From contig CM082577.2 of the NCBI GenBank assembly GCA_040954595.2, positions 4,574,201 through 4,638,200 on the forward strand: DNA of 64,000 nt, written 5' to 3'. Under the pieces are notes generated by a model. The model was not told the origin of the DNA. It did not search any database and was given only the letters and a program-made list of their open reading frames with translations. This DNA comes from Balanoglossus misakiensis (lineage: Eukaryota > Animalia > Hemichordata). Position 1 is the stretch's first letter. Every line of letters begins with the position of its first letter. Positions 26,101 to 38,520 of this stretch are shown in pieces. The translations under genes were made by a program, and so were the position numbers.

Positions 26101-26850
26101 CGTGTCACTGTGAGAAAACCTGTTTTGTAGGATGTCGTGAATGTGAAACTTACTTATTTCTTGCATTGTTGATTTCTTGTCTTTCCAACACGTTGATTCA
26201 AAATCAATCACAATCAAATAGGAAAACATCTGATCTGCAATGAAAACAAAACCATATTATCATAAGCATATAGCATGCATCTAACGTTGCTTTTTACAAT
26301 AAAATTCATTTGTATTTTTCGAAGCCCAGCATTAAACAGTTACATGTAGGGTGAGCATTGTGAAAAAAAATGCCTGAACTTACTTGATTTTTTAGCTTTT
26401 TTGATGGCTATATCTTGTTCGCTCTTTTGCACCGATCTCTTTCGCAATATACCAAGTCGCCTGTAATCAATCAATCAATCAATCAATTATTATTTGTATT
26501 CAAGAACATACTACACAAACTGAAAGATTCAGTTGAGTGCGGGCGTAGGCAGTGCGCCCGCACACGACCGAATCTTTCAGTCTATTTTTTGTCTATTTTC
26601 AACACTGCTGACTTCGAGATTCAGAATACTTCATAAACTTTGATATACAGTCAGACAAACCGGTACAACTCACAATTTCAACTAGAGATTATCTGCAAAT
26701 TCTGTATCCGATCCGGTGCAGGATCCGGTGCGGTCAGTGACGATGACGCGCTCGACAACGGCGTCCTGCCCGTTCGTCGATCGCGACCGCGGCGCAGGTT
26801 TACTTTCGCGATCGCCCTTACCTTGCTAGTTCTTTTGTTGACTTCACCAT
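23136..26850 (-). CDS. ERI2: ERI1 exoribonuclease 2 (DEDDh nuclease with C-terminal GRF zinc finger); exons 26822-26850, 26384-26460, 26154-26234, 25870-25997, 25644-25782, 25431-25531, 25170-25251, 24903-24991, 23136-24497
   Basis: MVKSTKELARRLGILRKRS, YLIVIDFESTCW, EIIEFPAVLL, FVTWSDWDLGVCL, FTGREHSGLDDARNTAKL, and GRF-ZF TPPLCPCGRRSKRR..GPNQGRGFFSC..CGFFKWE. Confidence 0.95.
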
Positions 26851-26971
26851 TTTAACTGCAGGCGTGTAGTTGTTACATATGTTCAGATAATCAGCAACAA
26901 CCATGCAATAATTGCAATGCAAGAGTAGTACAGGCCCAGGGCCGCAAGAGACGTGACGCAACTACATCGAT

Positions 26972-27051
26972 CACAGGGAACTCAGGCTCATAGTTGTGGT
27001 CAAATGAATAATATTATTATTATGAATAAAAAATGGAAAAAAATATTAAAA

Positions 27052-27130
<79 letters not shown>

Positions 27131-27337
27131 TTGTAGTAGTTCTTGTTATCTATCATGTGTTAAAATCCAACATTCCTATGCATGCTGTCTTCTCCCGGCC
27201 CCTAACATGTACTGTACTGGCCGACCTATATACTCTATATAGGTCGGCCAGTACAGTACATGTTAGGGGCCGGGAGAAGACAGCATGCATAGGAATGTTG
27301 GATTTTAACACATGATAGATAACAAGAACTACTACAA

Positions 27338-27413
<76 letters not shown>

Positions 27414-27493
27414 TTTTAATATTTTTTTCCATTTTTTATTCATAATAATAATATTATTCATTTGACCACAACTATGAGCCTGAGTTCCCTGTG
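26972..27493. mobile_element. 522-bp palindromic foldback, non-autonomous DNA transposon (P-element-like ends CACAG...CTGTG, 7-bp TSD CATCGAT) with an (ATT)n tract in each arm
   Basis: Arms 26972-27232 and 27236-27493 are reverse complements around a 3-nt loop (CTC). CATCGAT occurs at 26965-26971 and 27494-27500. The superfamily call is inferred from termini and TSD length. Confidence 0.85.
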
Positions 27494-27613
27494 CATCGAT
27501 GTGAAATTTAAATTTCAGCGCTGGCAAAACATCCGGGACATTGTGACCTAGGTGAGAGTGGAAAGGTCAACGGAACATGTGTTAGTGGAGAAACAACGTT
27601 TCACATTATTACC

Positions 27614-30600
27614 ATGGGCAAGAAAAAAGATCGCCATCAAAACAAAGTTGACGACCAGCCTCTTCCAAAGGAGGAGACGGGTGATACTTCTGAACATACA
27701 GTTGAAGAAGGGGAAATCGTTGACGAGGTAAAAACTGTGGTGATCTATCTCCTAGCTCGAATTCAGCAACTCGAGGTTTTGCCTGTTAGGTTTGTCTTGG
27801 TTTGCGTGTAATAGACATCTGTACGTACGAACTTCGGATCTGGTTCTCTTAGTGGACACGACTATACCCCATGGGCGATACCCTGCTTTTTAGGGTTAGG
27901 GTTAGGAGGGTTAGGGTATGGGTTAAACTCACCGTCACATTGCCACCCCTAACCCTCCTAACCCTGACCCTAACTCACCCTCATTGCCATGGTATCGTTG
28001 CCATGGGGTATAGTCGTGTCCACTAAGAGAACCAGATCCCGAACTTCTACCTCCTCAAGTTTACAAGCACCGTGTTTGATCTCGAACATCACAATTGGAG
28101 GGGAGGGGTAGGTTGGGATCCACGTTACACTGGTTCACAAGGAAATAGCGAGGTGTTACAGTTATATACAACTCACACTGCAGTCTGTTGAATCGTTACA
28201 ACAACATTTCCCTACAGGATGACGCGTCACCAAGCAACACGGAGCAACCGGAAGTTCAAGATGACCCGGACAGAATCAGAGAAGAAAGAATGTTGAGAAG
28301 AAAAATGAAGAAGGAAAGAAAGGTGTCGTTGAAGTTTTTGTTCCAACTGCTTGTTTTTGATAACTTGTAAACCTTGGATATCTTCAGTGAGACTCCCCTA
28401 CAGGTTGTCATCAGGACTGATGGGACTCTCTCATAGCCCCTCTCACTACGCTGCCTACATAGACTTATGGTCTGATTGAATAACTGCACCCTCATTGAAC
28501 TGATGTGATTTTAAATTTCTTGACAGAAAGCAGAAAGGAAAGCTGCTGCTGAAGCCTCTAAAGACCATTCAAAGAAACGGAAGAAAAGGAAGCATGAAGT
28601 GAGTGACATTTTGACAAACCCTTCATCACCATGACTGGGGATGGTTTGGCCCGAACGCTCCATTGTATTCTATGGCAAAGTTGGACCTCTGTACAGGGAA
28701 ATGGGGGTCAAAGGGTTATTAGGGACAGTAGCTGTATCTTTTGATAATGTATATTCACTCAGGATTTCCATTATGTGTATGTGCACTGTAATTTCTTGTT
28801 CTACTTCTTACAACTTGTATGGCTTCTAATGCAAAATGTGTATGTGATTTGATATCAACCATTTTGTTGCGCCCGCACAGAAAGACCACTGTGACGGTGA
28901 TCCAGAATCTCAACCAGAGAAGAAATCGAAACATGAAAGTTGTGACGCCGTCCAAGAAAGCTGTGAAGAAAAACCTAGCCGGGGAAAAAGTTATGATTCC
29001 GCAACAAAGGAAGAGATTCAGCGATGGAAAGCTGAGAAAAAGCTGAAAGTTGCTAAAATAATGGTAAGACCAAAACTAGAGATCGCTTTAACGATAACAT
29101 GCATGTTAACTTTTTAAAAAATTATGTCTACAGATTATGTGTTTAGTTAAGCCAGACAGGAAAAAATAAAACGATGTGTCCCAGATTTGTTGGCGAAGCG
29201 GTGGTGATGAGTTAAGTTAAATTCTACAAGAGGAATGATGACTGACCACGGTCAATCCAATACAAAAATGTCGCTATAAAATGGTTTATTTATGTCTCCA
29301 TAGCAACTACCCAAACTTTTCTTGACGCTGAGAGAAGTGTTTGGACGAAGAGTGGAAAAGGAAGGAGCAACTATCCCTCCCATTCACGTCAGCAATATAC
29401 AACAGTTGGTGTTGTATGCCATGATGGGAATGAAAGCCAGCGTTCTTCCCAAGTAAGGCTGATTTGCATTGATCTTAAAGGGGCAAGATCTCACCAATTT
29501 TCTTGGGGTTATTTGTTGTGCTGAGAAAATAGCCCGAAGTTGAAGTTACTGGGGCTTTAATTTGGTCAGTGTCATCTGTTAAACAGGGATTGTAATTTCC
29601 AATGCATCCGTCCTGTAGGTGGTGCCAACTTCTTCGTTGGACAAAAGTCTCATCGGTGACTGTTGTTGTTTTGAGCCGTGTGATGCAGCAACATATTGAC
29701 GAGTACTCCTCGTGTTTTAGTAATATCCAGAAACTGTTTCGAATGGTAAGTTGTTGATTTCTTTGTTACAGCAGGCTTTCAAGTTTATTTCTTTGGTGTG
29801 GCAGATCACTTCTGTACAAATGATACTGAGAAGTTTGCTTCTTAAAATTCCATCTTTGCTTTCGGTAGCAGAAGATTTCGGCTAAGCCAGCTTGCCTGTT
29901 TTGTTTTCTCTTACACACGTTCTAGTCTGTGCCAATCCAGCAAACGCAGTCTATAGAAGAGGAGTTTTTGTACCTGTCTCTGACCAAGTCAAAAGTGAAG
30001 AAATTGCTCGAACTTAAAGGTGCTAAACGAGGTACAGTAAGCTGTCAGTTTTTTTCTGCCTTTCCTCTTCATGGCTTCAGAGTGGAGTATATGAAACATG
30101 TGATCAAAGGCCAGGTGCAGTTGACCCATCTAATTCTGATGAAGTACATTAAATGACCAAATAACTGATAGATCATCAACCGATGATAGAGGTCACGACT
30201 TTGTTGATGGTGTGTGACATTGTGTTTTATTTTGTTTTACAGATGAAATGATGCAGTTTGTGAAAAGAGTAGATGAAGATATCTCAGATCGAACGGAAAA
30301 CAGTCACAAAGGTAAGTGATTAATAAGTGTTTTCCCGCAAACGATTCAAGAAGCATACATTTTTTTTTGAGGGGGCATAAAATGACATCTTCTGACTTGC
30401 AAACTCAAAGCCAGACAGGAATGATACAGTAATTACCAGTGACAGAACAATGTCAGTATCTCCTCAAGGAAAGATTGCCACTGTGCCCAGTATATTTCCA
30501 CAGACGTGCATGATCTTGTTTCCAGAGTTACGAGATGATGACGACGATGATGATGACAGTGACAGAGAAAATGGTGACAGCATGGACGTCGACTTCAAAC

Positions 30601-33600
30601 CAGACAGAAGGGCTTACCTTCTGACAGAAGAGCAGATGCAGACCCATGGTTATCCGCTGGCGCTCGACAAAAAGGAGAAGATGATTTCGTTGAACGCCAG
30701 TGAGACCCTGGAAAAACACAGCCCGTTGTTCTCTATCGACTGCGAAATGGTAAGTTTTAGATGTGAAAATATATGTAGGAGTAAAGGTAAATTGCTGAGC
30801 ACAATGAGATTGACTGAATGCAGCCAATAAAATATCAAAAATCAATATAACAAAAAGGCTAGCTTGACACACACACACACAAGCCAAATCTAAGAAAATA
30901 AAGTACAATGTAAGTGGAAATCACCATGTACCGGTACACTATAGTAAGCCAAACATCCAATGTACATGTAGCTGCTCACTGACAAAATTCATGTCAAGGT
31001 CCGTTTACACAGAATGTTTTATATCTCTCGACAGTGTTTGACAAAACAAGGTCACGAGCTGACAAGGGTCTCCATAGTGAATGAGAAGCATGAAGTCTTG
31101 TACGACACGTTCGTCAAACCCCACAATCCTATCATCAATTATTTGACAGAGTAAGTCTCGTACTGGTTCAATTTAATGTACACCCTCACTCAGAGCAACT
31201 TCAGTGCAGTTTTGTTTTGTAAGGACTTCAAGCTGGACCAGATCCTCAGTAAAATCAGAATGTAAAGTGAATGCCATATCTTTTGTCTGGGCGTGACGCT
31301 GACTGCTTGTGTGTCCTCCACTCATTCAAACAGATACAGCGGCGTGACAAAGGAAAAGCTGGACCCGGTCAAGACAAGGCTGACCCACGTGCAGAAGAAA
31401 CTTCTCAGTCTGTTACCACCTGATGCTATACTCGTCGGCCAGTCGTTGGAAAACGACCTGAAATCACTGAAGGTAAACTCGGCCATATTGGTTGAGACAC
31501 ACTGAACAGAAAGCTGAATATTCAACATGGTGGGGAATATCGCGAGAGCCAAATAAACGCGATTATAAATAGTCACGAAAGAACAGTGTGTACAATGTAC
31601 AAAGATACAGAGAATGCGAACATTAATTGTCGCGGCATAGTCACCTCTGTTGATATTGAGAAAATTTTCTGTCGGGGGGAAAAAAAGAAACTCTAGTCAT
31701 TCTCAGCCATCTGCATATGAAAACAGCAATTCTGTTTGTTAGATTTTCATGTTATTTCATCGTAATCTAATTCACGATCTATCCCCCTCTAGTTATACCA
31801 CCCACACATCATAGATACCAGTGTGCTTTTCATCGGACGCAACCAGCACAAAATTGGTCTCCGGAATCTCGCGGCGACCTACCTCAAGTAAGTCATCTCC
31901 CTCACACAATTTAAAAGCATATTGTCCCAGGACTGACAGAAAGACAGCAGTATTCACATCCCTTGTACAAGCCCAGTGTTTTGTGTGTTCGGGTGTGAGT
32001 GCTTGCTTCAGTCACAGTTGACAGCATGGACAATTCAAATCCAGCCAATCATAGATTTTCAGTGGGGCGACATTCAAAAAAAAAATGTTCACCACCACAT
32101 GGACATTTGAAGATTTAGACACGCCCTTTTGGTCTTATATAGGCATATGTAAATTAGAGGTGACGAGACTATACCTTTTACTTCTCGCATAAAATATAGA
32201 CAACTAAAATAAGACCATCTTTGTCCGTGTAATTATAGTTTGTTAATATTCTTTCCTCCAGGGAGTCGATTCAGTCTGGCAGTGAGGGTCATGACTCTAT
32301 AGAGGATGCCATCACTGCAATGAAGTTGGTTCAGCTGAAGATCGATCGAGGTCCGTCGTTAAAACCCTACCATAGTTTGGGTCGGAAAAATGTAGAAAGG
32401 TCAGTACATGGGGCTATTAATACATAGTAAATCTTTAACCGTTAAGAAAAAAAATATTAATTTTGAATTTCTTTCATGCAGCTTAACTAATATGCAATCT
32501 GGTGTGTATATTTTCCAGTATATTCAGCACAATCTACAGAGAATCATTGGATGGCAGCATGCTAGACTCGATAAACGTTTTAAAGCAATTCAGCGACGAA
32601 CCTGTCAACAGCATACCGTGTCTCAATGATAAAGAAGTGAGTAAATGTTGCTAAACACTACTACAGTCAAACCTGTGTTAGTGACCACCTCTATATAGTG
32701 ACCACCTCTATATAGTGGCCACTTAGTTACAGTCCCTGTACAATTTACATGTGTATAAATTAACCTGTCTATAAAGACCACCTGTCTATAAAGGCCAGTT
32801 TGGTAAAGTCCCTTGACTGGTCACTATAGACAGGTTTGACTGTATATAAACAAATAATTTCGTGCGTGGTCATCGAGCTGGTTTGATGTATCTCTGACGC
32901 AGTGTGCCATCTGTTCAAGTCTAATCCTCCATGACTGCAATGACATCAAGTTGTCACTACGTGTCTTTTTGTTTTCTGTCGTAGATGATACGCAAGCTGC
33001 CAGGTGCGATACAGTTGGGCAAATTTGTTTGGGCGCAATTTCACTCCATGGATACAATCTCAGAAGGCATTACTCAGGATTCCAGGACAATATCAGTAAG
33101 TACAATGTGCTTGCCTAATTGGCAAGACTTGGTCATTGAGGCTTCTTCCTTTTTGTTGAGTTCTTATCATATCTGCATCAGAAACCTTTGACACTCAAAA
33201 CACTAGATAAAAACTTCAAGGATACGTTGTAGACCCAAGCGAGATTTGTTCAAGTACGCTTTTGATGGTATTTCCATCACTCTTGGTTGAATATTCATCT
33301 CATTCAAAAATGTCTGTCAGAAAAAGACAAAATTCAATCATGTGGCCTGGTAGGACAGTGACGTGTGTTTCATGGCCGAAACCTTCATTTTCAGGATACT
33401 CTGCAGCGATTGGACGAGAGGGTGATGCAGGTGTACGAGTCTCTGCCAATGAAGTCGCTCTATCTGGTGCTGATGACCGGCGAGATTGATTCCAGCAGAG
33501 TCGGGGCGGACGCGGGAACAGCTTCGCAACTGGGACGGTGTTACATGACTCTCAAGCTGCCACCTCTGGACCGGGTGTCCCTGGACAGGGAAGCTTCCGA

Positions 33601-33613
33601 CCCGAGATCGTGA
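27614..33613 (+). CDS. REXO5: RNA exonuclease 5 (NEF-sp / REX1-like DEDDh exonuclease), ~16 exons; nuclease domain in exons at ~30526-32399
   Basis: YLLTEEQMQTHGYP; Exo I FSIDCEMCLT; ELTRVSIV..LYDTFVKPHNPIINYLTEYSG; Exo II LVGQSLENDLKSLK; IIDTSV; Exo III GHDSIEDA; C-terminal LDERVMQVYESLP..LYLVLMTG. The lysine-rich 5' exons are less certain. Confidence 0.85.
27836..28039. mobile_element. 204-bp MITE with ~37-bp perfect TIRs (GGATCTGGTTCTCTTAGTGG...), 8-bp TSD CGAACTTC, and internal TTAGGG/CCCTAA repeats; in REXO5 intron 1
   Basis: TIRs and TSD (27828-27835, 28040-28047) read directly. Confidence 0.88.
28619..28715. mobile_element. Degenerate second copy of the piggyBac-like MITE at 14075-14161, inverted
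   Basis: Its core ATGGTTTGGCCC..TCCATTGTATTCTATGGCAAAGTTGGACCTCT..GGGGGTCAAAGGGTTA aligns to the reverse complement of 14075-14161. Confidence 0.6.
32664..32842. mobile_element. Tc1/mariner (pogo/Tigger-type) MITE in a REXO5 intron
   Basis: TA-CAGTCAAACCTGT...ACAGGTTTGACTG-TA, with internal GACCACCT sub-repeats. Confidence 0.85.
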
Positions 33614-34608
33614 TTCCTGCCTTCCCTTGTGATTCCACGCTCTTCTTTTCGGACTGCAAATTACCGTTCACCCTTGCGTCTTTCTACCTGAACAGAAATG
33701 TGGGCGTGTACAGCAGCTGTGGCCTTCTGTTGAATGGCTATTTGAGAAGGAACTTGTACCTTACTGGGTTTGGACTTGGAACCTCTTCCACTGATTCACG
33801 TAGCAAGGAAGGATTTCGGCGCACATTAACCCACTCAACCAAATCCCTGCCTCTTAAAAAAACGAACACACACCAAAAATGTTCAAAGAAATGTTTCCAT
33901 TGCAAAAGACACATACACGAGTGTAAGAGAAAGCAGCTTATTTTTAAAAATTACAGTGCATTCTTAAATTTTATTTTGACTGATGTTGTGTAATGTGCAC
34001 ATGTTTGCATATACCATATGTGGGTTTCTGTGTTACATGTACATACAATATAGAAATTATGTGATCATGCAGTCTCTCGGTCCACGGTGCCATGGCACTT
34101 TTTGTTTTGGCAAACAAATAGTGGCCCCGTATTTCCCTGTATTATACAATTACTGACCCAACATATGGTGATGTGTTGTATTAGATGTAACAATCTTTAA
34201 TGGTTCCAATAAAGCTGACGTGTACGCACATTCAGGTGTGTGTATGCTCCAATGTTCTGGATGGCTGAAGTGTTCTATCATTTCATAATTTTGTAACACT
34301 TTTATTGTGGTCTCGTCTGCTTTACGGCTGAGTGTTCCTTTGCTCGCAAATTGTACAATAAAATTGCATTATTTGGACATGACGAAAGTTAGACAATCAG
34401 TCTCCATGCACAAGGAATGTGATTCACATACAATAAATCACCTTGCACATAGCCCTTATCAATACATTTAGCCAATCACAGATTTGAACCTGCACTACCA
34501 CACGCACGGTCATTACATAGCCATTCCCTTTTAACCATATTTGGGCATATGTAACTTAGAGGTGATGAATGGGAGAGGAAGGGGTGTGACAACCACGTAA
34601 AATATGTT

Positions 34609-35994
34609 TCAGTTTACAGCCAAGTCCAGATAAAAACGTGGATATGGATACCCAAACAATATAAAGTCCTCGTAATACATCTCATATAGTCCAAGTACTT
34701 GTTCCTTGCTCAGTTGCCTGTAGAAACTTCTGATCTTGGTGGAACTATTTGTGGCGTGGCTCCGAGCATCTTCTGTTACCTCGACCGTGACATTTGCTGC
34801 GTTGAAAATGTATTGCGCATCAGCATAAAGACTGTCGAATTTTCCGATATAATCGTACTTTATTCTGCAAGGCTCGCATGATTCTGAATATGATTTCCAG
34901 TGGATGTTTTTAGGTTTTCTTTTCAGTAAAAAAGTCACAAATTTGTCGAAGGTCAGACTGTAGTCCGAGGATCCGTTTTGGTGAGGGACGTGTTGTATGG
35001 CCTCCCCGTACCGCCTCAGGAACCTACGTTCGGGATCTTCGATGAATTTGTCGAGGAAAGTGGACAGCAACCGCTCGAACGGATGGCGGACGAACATGAT
35101 CTTGGTGTAGTACCCGTATCTCGGCGTGTAAGTCTGCATCATTGAGAGACGTTGTTTGTGTATTGCTTTGCCTGGATTCCAAGTTCCGGAGAGTTTCAGG
35201 AACGCGTGCCGCCACTGGCTGGCGCCAACCTTGGCGATGATGCAGAACATGATCTTACGTTTGTAGTCGACGATGATGGATTGTTTCCGCAGGTCCACAT
35301 TTGGTCCCGCTGTCTTCTTATTCATTCTGTCGCCCAGATTTTGGCAACCCAGTTCCAGGGTTCGTCTTCTTTGGCGATAGATCTCGCTTAAAGAGGGGAT
35401 GTTGACCGCTGCAGAATGGTCCTCAATCCTCATCGAAATCTCTTTTAAATCCAATCGTGTCGTCATACCCTCCGAGTCGGTGTCTGATCTCTGTTGCTTC
35501 GAGGAGTCTGCGAACAACAACAAAATAGTATGCCCGTACGTAATTCAGTGTGTGCATATTGTGGGAACGATGTGATCTGTCGTTTCTGAACAAAGTGGGA
35601 AAATCCGTCTAATTCGTCGATGCCAATAAGTCATCCAGGTGCTTGAACTGTTACAGTAAGTTTTTCAAATTTATTGCTTTCGGAGGCGTGAATATATAAT
35701 TGCGATAATAGCCATCCATTATTTTTATAAAATTCATATGTCAAATATACCTGGTATTCACATGGCCTGTTACAAAGACAACCAGTCACAAAACGACAGA
35801 GCGCAGCACAGACAATCAACAAAACACACCGTTGGGAACTGTTCTCAAGAACGCTGCTGTTCCGCGTAGTTGTTTCACTGTGAACAGAAATATGCATTTA
35901 TACATCGTGTACACTTACCAAGCAACATTTGTAGAATGAATACTGACAGCAAACAGAAGATGGCGACGGATGCCAAACGCTGCGTGAGTTTCAT
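34609..35994 (-). CDS. Carbohydrate sulfotransferase, CHST11/HNK-1ST-like (Sulfotransfer_2), copy 1; exons 35919-35994, 35830-35877, 34609-35507
   Basis: Type II signal anchor MKLTQRLASVAIFCLLSVFILQMLL; 5'-PSB MFCIIAKVGASQW; 3'-PB MFVRHPFERLLSTF; HW..C.PC.I.YDYIG; LYEMYYEDFILFGY. Confidence 0.88.
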
Positions 35995-37296
35995 GCTTCC
36001 TCCAAGAATGGCACCTTTGACACATAATATTTTGGTGATAACGACGAAGGAGAAAACAACTCCGCTTAATTCAAAGCCGCAGAGGAAGCGCAGAACGTGA
36101 GAAATTCAACTTTCGCTGTAAAATTACACAGGTAACAAGTCTGTCCCCAAGGCGCATACTACCTTAACGCGTAAGTGCAAGGTCGGAGATACAGAATCAT
36201 TCCAGCTCTTGACTCGGCGTTCACTCGACTATCTCTTTTCAGTAAAACGAAGCACTACATGGCAGTCCCACCCTTTTTATGTGGCGCAAACTATGGTCGC
36301 CTTTTATGAATAGAAACAAGACCCCTCCCTTTTATACTGAATTCTATATTGGCCCCCGTTTTATTGTAGAAATTATGGACACTGTAAGGCAAAGGCCCAC
36401 CCTATTGTACAGTGACAACGCGACGCTTCAAAAGGTCTACCTCACAGTAAATCTTGTGAACCAATGATACCCCGGGTTGGCCTGATAGGGTTTTTAGCGT
36501 GATTTTATACACGGAGATTTTGTGTCTTTATATCCAAATGTAAGCTTGTATACAAGATAGATGTCACACAAATATTTGAGAGCAATTTTATCAGTACTCT
36601 TCCCTCAAACGATCTGAAAAATGTACAGGTAAAACGCACATTTTCTCAATCGCCATAAAACGTATGCGTGATGTTGGAGTGATCTATTACAGTAACTGTA
36701 AACTTTAAAACACCGTGAAGAAAATCTGACAACGTTGTTTATAAGACCTCGAAATTTATTCATGTTCAAGAATAGTGGTATCTTTTGGTTGTGCAGCTTT
36801 GAATGTACAAATCACAAGTTAAGGTGTACTAGGTACGTTGGCGTGGATAAACTGGATGCGCAACATGACCTTGAAGAACATTCACTTGGCGGACATTGAC
36901 CGGTTGACCCAAGTTCGCACTCACTGGATTACACTTTCAGTTCGGCATATATGACCGTTACTATGGCCAGTGTTATTTTAGTTTTCTACACTGGCCCAAC
37001 TAACCGTATACGCCATGGATATTAAATGGTTCATTCGGTCGGCGCCTTAAAGGTATACGGTCACCCATGTAAATTTAGCTACAGTTACCATGGCAATTTA
37101 CAGAAAAGTATTCAGAGACATAATAGGCCCACAACGTAGCCAGACGTTCCAAGAAAAATACATAACACTTACCCACGAAGGAAACAAACCAGATGACAAT
37201 CATTAAAATATTCCATGAAAAAAAAATACAAGCAATATATGAGAAGAGGAAGTGCGAAAATCCCACCACAAATATCATTTACACAACTCGAAGTGT

Positions 37297-38109
37297 TCAG
37301 TTTACAGCCAAGTCCAGATAAAAACGTGGATATGGATACCCAAACAATATAAAGTCCTCGTAATACATCTCATATAGTCCAAGTACTTGTTCCTTGGTCA
37401 GTTGCCTGTAGAAACTTCTGATCTTGGTGGAACTATTTGTCGCGTGGCCAGGACCTTTTTTATTAATTCCGACCGTGACATTTGCTGCGTTGAAAATGTA
37501 TTGCGCATCAGCATAAAGACTGTCCAACTTTCCGATATAATCATACCTTATTCTGCAAGGATCACACGCTTTGTTATATGGTTTCCAGTGGACGTTTCTG
37601 GGTTTTCTTTTCAGCAAAAAGGTCACAAATTTGTCGAAGGTTAAACTATCATCTACTGATCCGTTTTGGTTAGGGACGTGCCGTATGTCCTTACCATACG
37701 CCTTTAGGAACCTATATTCGGGGTGTTCTATAAATTTATCAAGGAAAGCGGAGAGCAACCGCTCAAATGGATGTCGTACAAACATGATCTTGGTGTAATT
37801 TTTATATTTCGGTATATAACTTTGGGCCATTTTGAGAGGTTGAGAATGTACTCCTTTGTCCGGGCGCAAAGATCCGGCAAGTTTCAAAAACGTATATCTC
37901 CACTGGGATGTGCCGACCTTGGCAATAATGCAGAACATTATTTTATGTGTGTCGTCAACTATCAGGCGTTTATCTTGCAGGGTTACATTTGGCCGCGTGT
38001 TCTCCTCGTTCATTCTGTCGTTTATTAAATGTTTGCAACCGAGTTCCACATTATGTCTTCTTTGATAATGGATCTCGCTCAAGAGAGAACGGTGCGTTGG
38101 AAAGGTGGT
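37297..38109 (-). CDS. Carbohydrate sulfotransferase CHST11-like, copy 2; intact catalytic exon, 5' anchor exon not identified
   Basis: MFCIIAKVGTSQW, FVRHPFERLLSAF, and a near-identical C-terminus to copy 1. Splice acceptor TTCTTTTACAG ends at 38110. Confidence 0.8.
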   Translation of the reverse strand, partial: TTFPTHRSLLSEIHYQRRHNVELGCKHLINDRMNEENTRPNVTLQDKRLIVDDTHKIMFCIIAKVGTSQWRYTFLKLAGSLRPDKGVHSQPLKMAQSYIPKYKNYTKIMFVRHPFERLLSAFLDKFIEHPEYRFLKAYGKDIRHVPNQNGSVDDSLTFDKFVTFLLKRKPRNVHWKPYNKACDPCRIRYDYIGKLDSLYADAQYIFNAANVTVGINKKGPGHATNSSTKIRSFYRQLTKEQVLGLYEMYYEDFILFGYPYPRFYLDLAVN

Positions 38110-38188
38110 CTGTAAAAGAAACAAACGTGTTAAAGTTTTTACTGGGATCTGTTTGTGTTCAATAAACACGTCGCAAAAACTGTGTGCA

Positions 38189-38520
38189 TGCCAGACACAC
38201 GACCAACACATCATTGTCGATGACATATTCCCCGCTGGTTTCACACTGATTGGAGGAAATCATGGTATGAAGTCAAGGCGTGTCTTCAAAAGGGCTGATA
38301 ATGTTTAGAAAAGTTTTAGTCTTGAAAGGTGACTTGTACAACATTGTTCTTGTAGCATGTTGGAAGGAAACATGTGTGACATTGTTTACTGAAGGAAAGG
38401 GCAGAGAATTATTGCCAACATGTGGAGTAACCTTAGTATTACCGGAGCATCTTTCACATTAACTGTTGTCGCATATTCCAAGATTGTGTTTGATCGCCGT
38501 TGCTTGGAAAAGCCTGAAAA
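38189..38520 (-). repeat. ~330-bp direct duplicate of 39655-39997 (decayed LINE-like fragment)
   Basis: Nearly identical to 39655-39997 apart from substitutions and small indels. Confidence 0.85.

Noticed and set aside
26953-27527. Poly-Ile and poly-Tyr ORFs on both strands
   Set aside because: Translations of the (ATT)n tracts within the palindromic element.
27888-27975. Head-to-head TTAGGG/CCCTAA as a chromosome-fusion scar
   Set aside because: The tracts are tiny and enclosed by TIRs and an 8-bp TSD, so they belong to a MITE.
32040-34570. Similar short segments at ~32040-32168 and ~34468-34570 (AGCCAATCAYAGATTT ... GGCATATGTAAMTTAGAGGTGA)
   Set aside because: Probably old dispersed-repeat fragments; ends and family cannot be defined.
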